Shown here in pieces: positions 37,301 through 43,987 of a stretch of 43,987 nt of DNA. The position numbers and the translations under genes were made by a program. The stretch covers positions 62,001-105,987 of the forward strand of contig MU271290.1 of NCBI GenBank assembly GCA_021432655.1, read 5' to 3'. Every line of letters begins with the position of its first letter. Position 1 is the stretch's first letter. A model generated the notes under the pieces. It was not told where the DNA came from. It was given only the letters and a program-made list of their open reading frames with translations, and did no database searches. This stretch comes from Atractiella rhizophila. Lineage: Eukaryota.

Positions 37301-38002
37301 ACTCGGTCGCTGTGTTCTTTCCCCTTCGAGGATGGAGGTAGCTCCAAGTAGACAGTCCCCACGCAGTGCACTGTCTTGCCTGAAGGGCTGTTGGTGATAC
37401 TTTGAATCCTGGAGGACGATGAGGCGACGGAGCCGATGCGGAGCGCGTGAGAGGGTTGAGAGGAGAGACGGCGGAAACCGTTGGAGAGGTGGACAAGACG
37501 AGTTATGTCTCCGTCGATGAGACCAGGGAAAATAGTTTTCATGATGCTCTATCCACCCATTCGTATGAATTAATACTTCTCTCTCCATGAAATTTGAACT
37601 TTGAAGGAAATTGCGCACCTTCCAGCCCAATTTGATAGCATAGTCCATGGGCACCTCTTTCCCTCCTCTGTATCGCTCGTTCCCATTTCCCACAACCCTG
37701 CAGAACTCCTCCACTTCCAACCTCTCAATTTTCACTTTCTCTCCCTCGAACACGCCTTCTCCATCCATCTGACCCATCATCCTCGTCAGCTCGTCGTCAC
37801 TTCCTAATCCCCATATTTTCCAGTAATGCTCCTTAATCTTCTGGTTGCGAGAAGAGAAGGATTCGTGTATGGTAGCATAGGCCGTTTCAGGCTTGTATTC
37901 GTATTGGAGGGCGAGAGGCACGTCCTTCTCGAAGAGGGTGACGTTGATGAGCGAGGAGGATTCGTCGAATGTTATCTCGAGTGTTTTGGGTGGGAGTCCC
38001 AT
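28385..38002 (-). CDS. FAS2: Fungal type I fatty acid synthase chain DH-MPT-ACP-KR-KS-PPT (Rhodotorula-type alpha chain), many introns
   Basis: [120 protein letters not shown]. Starts at AAAATGG (38002). Confidence 0.95.
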
Positions 38003-38788
38003 TTTGGTCTAGTCTATCTATTAGTTGTGTATGCGAGGCTGCTGGTGGTGCTGGCTGCAATGAGGTGTATATGGGGAGTGGCGTTTTTGAGTGTTTTGCT
38101 GTTGGGGAAGGAAGGTTGGGGTGCTTTTACGTAATGCCAACTTTGCCACTCCACTCTTTCTTTTGCTCAACCTTGCTCACGCGCTTGGATTGGGGGACTT
38201 GTAAGCCGAGCATACCGCGGGTAGTGACAGGCTGCCGAGGAGAAGGAACTGTCGAGCTGGCGCACTGTTCAGAAAATGTCCATGTCGTGATGAAGCGTCG
38301 AAACTTGGGTTCATGAAAGAGGTGGTGAAGGACAGCGACGTTTTGCAAGATCATACAGTACAGCTTCATGCATTATTTCCATGAAGTGTGTGTTTTTTTG
38401 CTGAGAATTCTTTGAACATTACATACGTCAACCCGCCCGTTGCGGTTCTGGTCCAAAGCTTCCTGCATCCATCTATGCATAGTCGTGTAGCAATTCTGTT
38501 AAGATAGAACCATTATACAAGTACCGCCTTCCGAATTTCGTTTGAGGCATTCCCGAGGTGTTCTCGAAGAAAGGAGCGGAACTCTCTTCGCAACGAGTCC
38601 TCCAGCACATCGTCAACAAATCTCTGTCTTTCTCAGGGTGCCCAATGCATCCCACGTCCAATACAGGAGCACTGCAAATCCTCACAATTGTTGTACAAAG
38701 TGCGAAGGTGCTTTCCCTACAAGGAGACCATACGGCATTCATGGCATTGCACCTGGATTGCTCAAAGAGCTCTCGTAATTCCTGTTGC

Positions 38789-41593
38789 TTAGAACATGCC
38801 AGTCAATTCCTTTCCAAGTCGTTCGACAGCTTCCAACAGCTCCAGATCAGCTTGACCATCCACTGCTGCCGCAAACTTTGGCTTCCCTACCTCAGGGAAC
38901 AGAAAAGCGGGATCGGACTGGCAAACCGTTCCATATTCAGGTACCACTGCAGCCAATTCATGGTCAGCCTTCAGCAAATAGGTGTAAGTAATCGAGCCTC
39001 ACCGCCGTCCAAGAAATAGGCCCGGATAGTTTTGGCAGTGCAGAGCGAGGGATGCGCAGATGTGCAGTGACCATATCCGTCTTGGATCAAGAGGGTGGCA
39101 GACTCGTTTCCAAAGCCCTTAGACATGGATTTGGCGGCTGAGAAAGTTGGTCAGATAGTGAAAGGGGACATGTAACGGTAAGAAATAGGCTAAACCTGAG
39201 AGCGGAGTGACGGGATCATGAGTGTTGCCAATGAATAGCACTGGGTGTCTGATAATCGAAACCATTAAAACACTGCCAGGGAAAATAAAGGCTGCATACT
39301 TTGTTTTTCTGAGACCATCTTCGACAGTCCACGGTCCCCTGTACGCTTCAAATGGCTCGTAATCCCATCCAAAACATTCGGACATCCAAAGCGACCATTG
39401 TTCGCCAACCCTGTTCGAATACGACGAATGAACATGATTGTTTCAAAGAGATGGCTGCGGCAGTACTGACCAGCTTGATATTTTGCTCATCTAGCAGGGC
39501 AGGCGTCAGTTACTTAATCCATCATTCGTTCGAGGAAATACTGGTACCTTGTGAACATAATTCTGGAACCCTTTGATCGTGAAATCCTTCCAAACATCCT
39601 TTGCCGTGTCCGCGCAGAGAATCAACTACATTCGGAGATATTCAATACTATATCTAAGCGTTTAAACGCTAGGAGCGCTTACTCTAGAGCCAAGTCCCGC
39701 TCCAACATTCAATGGCCGATGAAAGATGTTATCATCCCATTTCTATTCCACACACCGCAAATGAGCAATCTTGGCCTATGAACGGACCACTTCAACGCAC
39801 CTTATGAACAAAATCATCCTCTCCTACTGCGGACAGATCCCACAACGGGCCACCATTTCCCTTCGACGCTTCATCAATTGCCTTTGCCAGTCCAGGCCAA
39901 GCTTGAGGTTTGTAGAGAGCAGAAAAGATGGCTGAGTGCAAGCCGGACGCAGTCAGAATACCAACACCCTTCTCCGTCGCCACGGGTAGGGGACTCGTCA
40001 AAAGAGTAGCGGAGACATCGGCGATCCGCGAGTGTAAGGAGGAAGTGGTCAAGTTTTCAGCTGCTAGAGCACAGCGAGAAGGACCGGCAGAGATGCACTC
40101 GCGCAAGAATCCGTTGTATGTCTGTCATTCGTGTCAGACGTGTCATAGACGGAAGGGATAGAAGAAGAGAACCTTTTCATTATCATCCATGCCAGAGATT
40201 CCCCAGTCAAGGATGTTGTTGGTATAGGTGACAGAGTCGGAGGTTCCATCGACAACCACGCGGTTGACAAGCTCAGGGAACATGGCGGAGAATGTGGCTC
40301 CAAGGATCGTACCTTTTGCTTTGCTCAGTTACATACCACTGAACCATATGCAACAAACCGTAGGAAAAACCTGTTTTTGCAACTGTGAGTGAGAAACAGT
40401 GCGTTTTGGGCAGATGAAGACAAACCCCAGTAATTGAGTCCGCCCTCGCTCTCCCCCAAAGCCTCCAAAATCCACTTCATGTCCCGAACAACAAAGGCGG
40501 TGGTAGTACTCTTCAGCATATCTTGATTCCCGTATTTCTTGCAGGCGGCGAGCTGCGCTTCACGATGCTTGAATTGTTTTACAAAGAAAGCATGCTCAGA
40601 GGCATCTGCTGCTGCTTGTTCGCTTTTAGTCAAAGAGTTGGATGTGCTGTTGTGTAGGTATGGTGAGGCAGAGGGGTAGAGTCGAGCCTTTTATTCGAGT
40701 TAAGATTGACACTACTCCGAAGAAGGGATGAGCGACCAACCTCGTATGGGTATCCTAAGGAGGCGATATTGTAGTTCTCCAAGTTCGCAGAGGCTTCATC
40801 AGAAAAGCACCCCACTCCCGGAGTTGTTTGGTTGACGCTAAATACAAACAGTAAGGCATGGAATAGCATGACTTAGAAGTTGAAGCATACCTTCGAGGAT
40901 CAAAACCGAGGATATCATATTTCCCTGGATGCTTCTGTCAGATCATGTTCAACAAAAACTAAACTCACCTTCCAAGATCGTGTGTATCATTAGCCCAGCA
41001 CGTGCCACTAACGACGTTCCTATAGGGGGTATCAGGCGTTCAAGTTCTCGCTTCCTCATCTCAAAATTTTCACACACCGGAACCTCCAGGACCTCCAGGA
41101 TTGATCAACAACGTTCCCTTCCTTTCCTTCGGCGGCACGGTAGCAGGCAGTCTTCTCAATGCGAGAGAGACGGTGAGATTCGGTTGTGGGTTCAGGTGCT
41201 GTCACGCATCAACTTGAGCTTACATTCTGAGAAAAGAGAAAACTCACATTCATAGGAACAGTCAGGTATGCGCAATCCATCTCTGTCAGGTCAGCACAGG
41301 CAGACCAGGCAATGCCGCCATGCAGTCCATTGCTGAAGCTTCGACGAGGGGTATCCTCGGCCTTCCTCAGCAAGATCAGAGACTGACAGAATACTTAGCA
41401 GTTCACTGACTGGAAGTATGTTCCTAACGCCTTGAAATAATGTCTGGAAAAATCCTGACGAGAAGAGAAGGTATCCAGTAACCGCAAAAACTGCAAATTG
41501 GCGCGGGTTGAACGTCTTTCGCGGACGCTTGGGGGTTCCAAGCCCGTTTGGAGCGTAGATCTCCTGAGTGGATTGAGGCAGCTTCTCAGCCAT
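38789..41593 (-). CDS. Alpha/beta hydrolase, TAP (tripeptidyl aminopeptidase)-like, with an N-terminal TM segment, multi-exon
   Basis: Motifs LLINPGGPGGSG, YDILGFDPR, TAFVVRDM, LNYWG/FSYG nucleophile elbow, MFPELVNRVVVDG, IGNTHDPVTPL, and QDGYGHCT..PSLCT..IRAYF. Confidence 0.9.
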
Positions 41594-43231
41594 TCTCACA
41601 ACTTGGAACGACCAGAATGGCTGGTTGTGTATTTGTATTTGTCCAAAATTGCAAATTAGCGGAAGCGAATTTTCGATCAATCACACCGAGAAGGCGAGTG
41701 CTGGGCATGAACACGAGGAGGAGTGGGTCAGCTTTTAATGTGTCGTGGAGTCAGTTGGGGGTGAACCGGAGGAGTCCAGTGGAACGAAAGAGTGGTGTCG
41801 GAGCCAGGGAGTGGCGTACGCACTTTCTTTGTATGTTGTTGTTCTCGTGTGGTGAGAGAGGGAATGGGATGAGAGCGCGACGACGACGAGGTACATGAAA
41901 GTTCAACATTGTATCTCGATTGTACAAGTTAGTCTTGCTGTGAATAGCGTGGCGTATTGAGCTTTTAACAACCCAGACATTTCCACGCGTTACTCCCCCT
42001 TCCATTCAATGTTTTCATATTCCTATCCTGCACATGACTCGTGTTGTGAACACACCTGAGGTTTATGTCGAACTTCGATAATCAAGACACTTACCTTAAG
42101 ACGAAACACGGCTGTCAGCATAAGGTGGAGAGCTGGAGACAGTAGAAGTCGTTTGATTGTGGAAACAGAGTGCTGGTTTACCTCAAATCACTCCCTTTCA
42201 ACTCCGCCTGTGCTTTGAAATGTAGCCAATCTTTCTATCCCTCAGACGACGCTGATGGAATGGTTTGCTCCATCACCCGCTCCATCACCAGAACTGCTGC
42301 TTTGGGGACCGTGCTCTATTACCTCCAAGACCCACCGAATCCTTCAGGCATTCATGCGAAACATTCTGCCATGAAATAAGATCGGACGATGCGTTTGGGA
42401 TAAAACTTGGACTCCAAGCGTGAACTTTCCAGCACCTCAACCACTTCCGGTAATCCAGCAGTCATGCTGTATGGGATAGACCAACAGCCTTCGTGAGTAC
42501 TAACCACTCTAAATCTCCCAGAGTACTCACATATTTCCAAACGTCTTGGAGTAAAACCGGAATAAGTGGACAAGAAACAACTTGAAGTGCGAAATATTTG
42601 TTTCTTGAATGTGTTAACTTTGAATCGGTGTGCTACTTTCAGCGTCTTCCTTTCCTAAAATAATCCCTTTTTGTTGCAGACTCTTCTCATAAACTCGAAG
42701 GTGCTGGCAGCATTATAGCTAATCGAAACATAACATTTAATGTTTGAGCTTCAGTTCTGAAAGACAGACTGCCCTATAACTTTAATTTCGCAAAGACTAG
42801 CATTTTCTGCACTTACTAGTAGCTCACGCCTCAGGTTAAATGTTCCTGTTCAACGTTATGATTTCAATTCAATTCGATTTGTGATTTGCAGAGCATTTCA
42901 TTCCGCTCATCAACTGTGCTACCACCTGACCACTTAACCCTCCTACTCCTGGCCTATCCAACACATCTTGGAAAAACCCTATTCGTACCATTGCGTTTTT
43001 CAAGGGAACTTCAACATTCAATAATGTTCAATGTTCAATGTGCAACATTTTGGGGACCCCGCATTCTGCTGCCTCCCAGTATGGACGCTAACTCCGTGCT
43101 CCGCCCTTGTCAGCTTGAACGCTTGTACCTCCCCCCATAAAAGCTGATCGAGCTCACTGGTGAAATCAATCCCCATTAACAAATCAGAGACTTCCGATCT
43201 TACAATCATGATGGAATGGTTCATATCTAAA

Positions 43232-43987
43232 ATGACTGGTTCCTCAGGTTCCGCAGAAGGTGAGCATTATTACGATGTGAGATGAACCTTGCTGATCTAA
43301 GTAGGCGAAGACGCTGTAACGCCAGCACCGGCACCCGCGCAAATTGGAGCAATGAAGAAACACCTCCCCAAAAACGATGTCTACGTCGTCCCTCCATCGG
43401 CCCACATTGCCGATCCCAACGGGCTCCGCGTTCTTTGCCTTGACGGAGGCGGCGTACGAGGACTGTCTGAACTCTATATTCTGGAGCAGATCATGGAGCA
43501 GCTTGGGCACCAACTGTTCCCTGATGATCCCAATCCAGAGAAGAAGGAACTGCGACCTTGCGACTACTTTGACCTCATATGCGGGACATCCACGGGGGGA
43601 CTCATTGCAATCATGCTCGGAAGATTGGGAATGACGACTCGTCAATGCATTCAAGTGTATGGGGAACTTGCGCAGAGAATTTTCCCCGATCCATCCGTCA
43701 CCGAAAAAAGTCTCAATGCCATCAAAGGCTTGAAAACCGGAGTCTATGCGTTCGATAGTCAAAATCTAGAGAATGCAATTGTGGAGATGCTGGCTCTCTA
43801 TGCACCGGACGAGGACCATAAAGATCCTCGGAAGATACCCATGAAAGATCCGGACGTCAACTTTGTACAAAGATGCAGAGTCCTCCTCACCTCCACCTAC
43901 CAAGCCAATGCTGTCACTCCAGCCTTCTTACGAACGTACCGTACGGTTCACCACCGAACGGAGATGGCAATCTGGCAAGCGGCTAGA
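43232..43987 (+). CDS. Patatin-like phospholipase domain protein (PNPLA8-like), runs off the window end
   Basis: Not in the ORF track. Exon 1 is 43232-43259 (MTGSSGSAE), followed by a 45-nt intron 43260-43304. Then LRVLCLDGGGVRGLSEL..RPCDYFDLICGTSTGGLIAIMLGRLGM..FLRTY..IWQAAR, open to the last base. Confidence 0.93.

Noticed and set aside
28629..38316. Numerous plus-strand ORFs over FAS
   Set aside because: Antisense to FAS exons and without recognisable motifs.
42460..42495. MLYGIDQQ resembling LMLFGLDQH of the 236-aa cassette protein
   Set aside because: Match is about 8 codons, flanked by stops, with no FHWGL or TCR motif nearby; probably chance.
43244..43762. 172-aa minus-strand ORF
   Set aside because: Antisense to the clear patatin coding frame.

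Overview
Intron-rich fungal DNA, a basidiomycete and probably Pucciniomycotina, inferred from short GT-AG introns and a Rhodotorula-type split fatty-acid synthase. The left half (1-22.5 kb) is a rearranged accessory region. It holds the 3' end of a Ty1/copia retrotransposon and two apparently complete copies plus one partial copy of a secreted BBE-like FAD oxidase. It also holds a 2.58-kb TIR-bounded DNA transposon relic with a degenerate Zn-finger transposase-like gene, NPR3, and a 3.3-kb tandem duplication joined at a microhomology. Only the second duplicate carries a 2.94-kb cassette with a head-to-head pair: an APH/choline-kinase-fold phosphotransferase and an intronless putative permuted papain-fold (His-His-Cys) enzyme. 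Pseudogenised paralogues of the kinase lie next to it. The right half is more ordinary: a glycine-zipper-like protein, a Zn2Cys6 transcription factor, the FAS DH-MPT-ACP-KR-KS-PPT chain, a TAP-like alpha/beta hydrolase, and the start of a patatin-domain (possibly NLR-type) gene. The best novelty candidates are the kinase/peptidase presence-absence cassette and the unclassified TIR element whose end coincides with a gene-duplication breakpoint. All family calls come from motif reading by eye; no searches were run.
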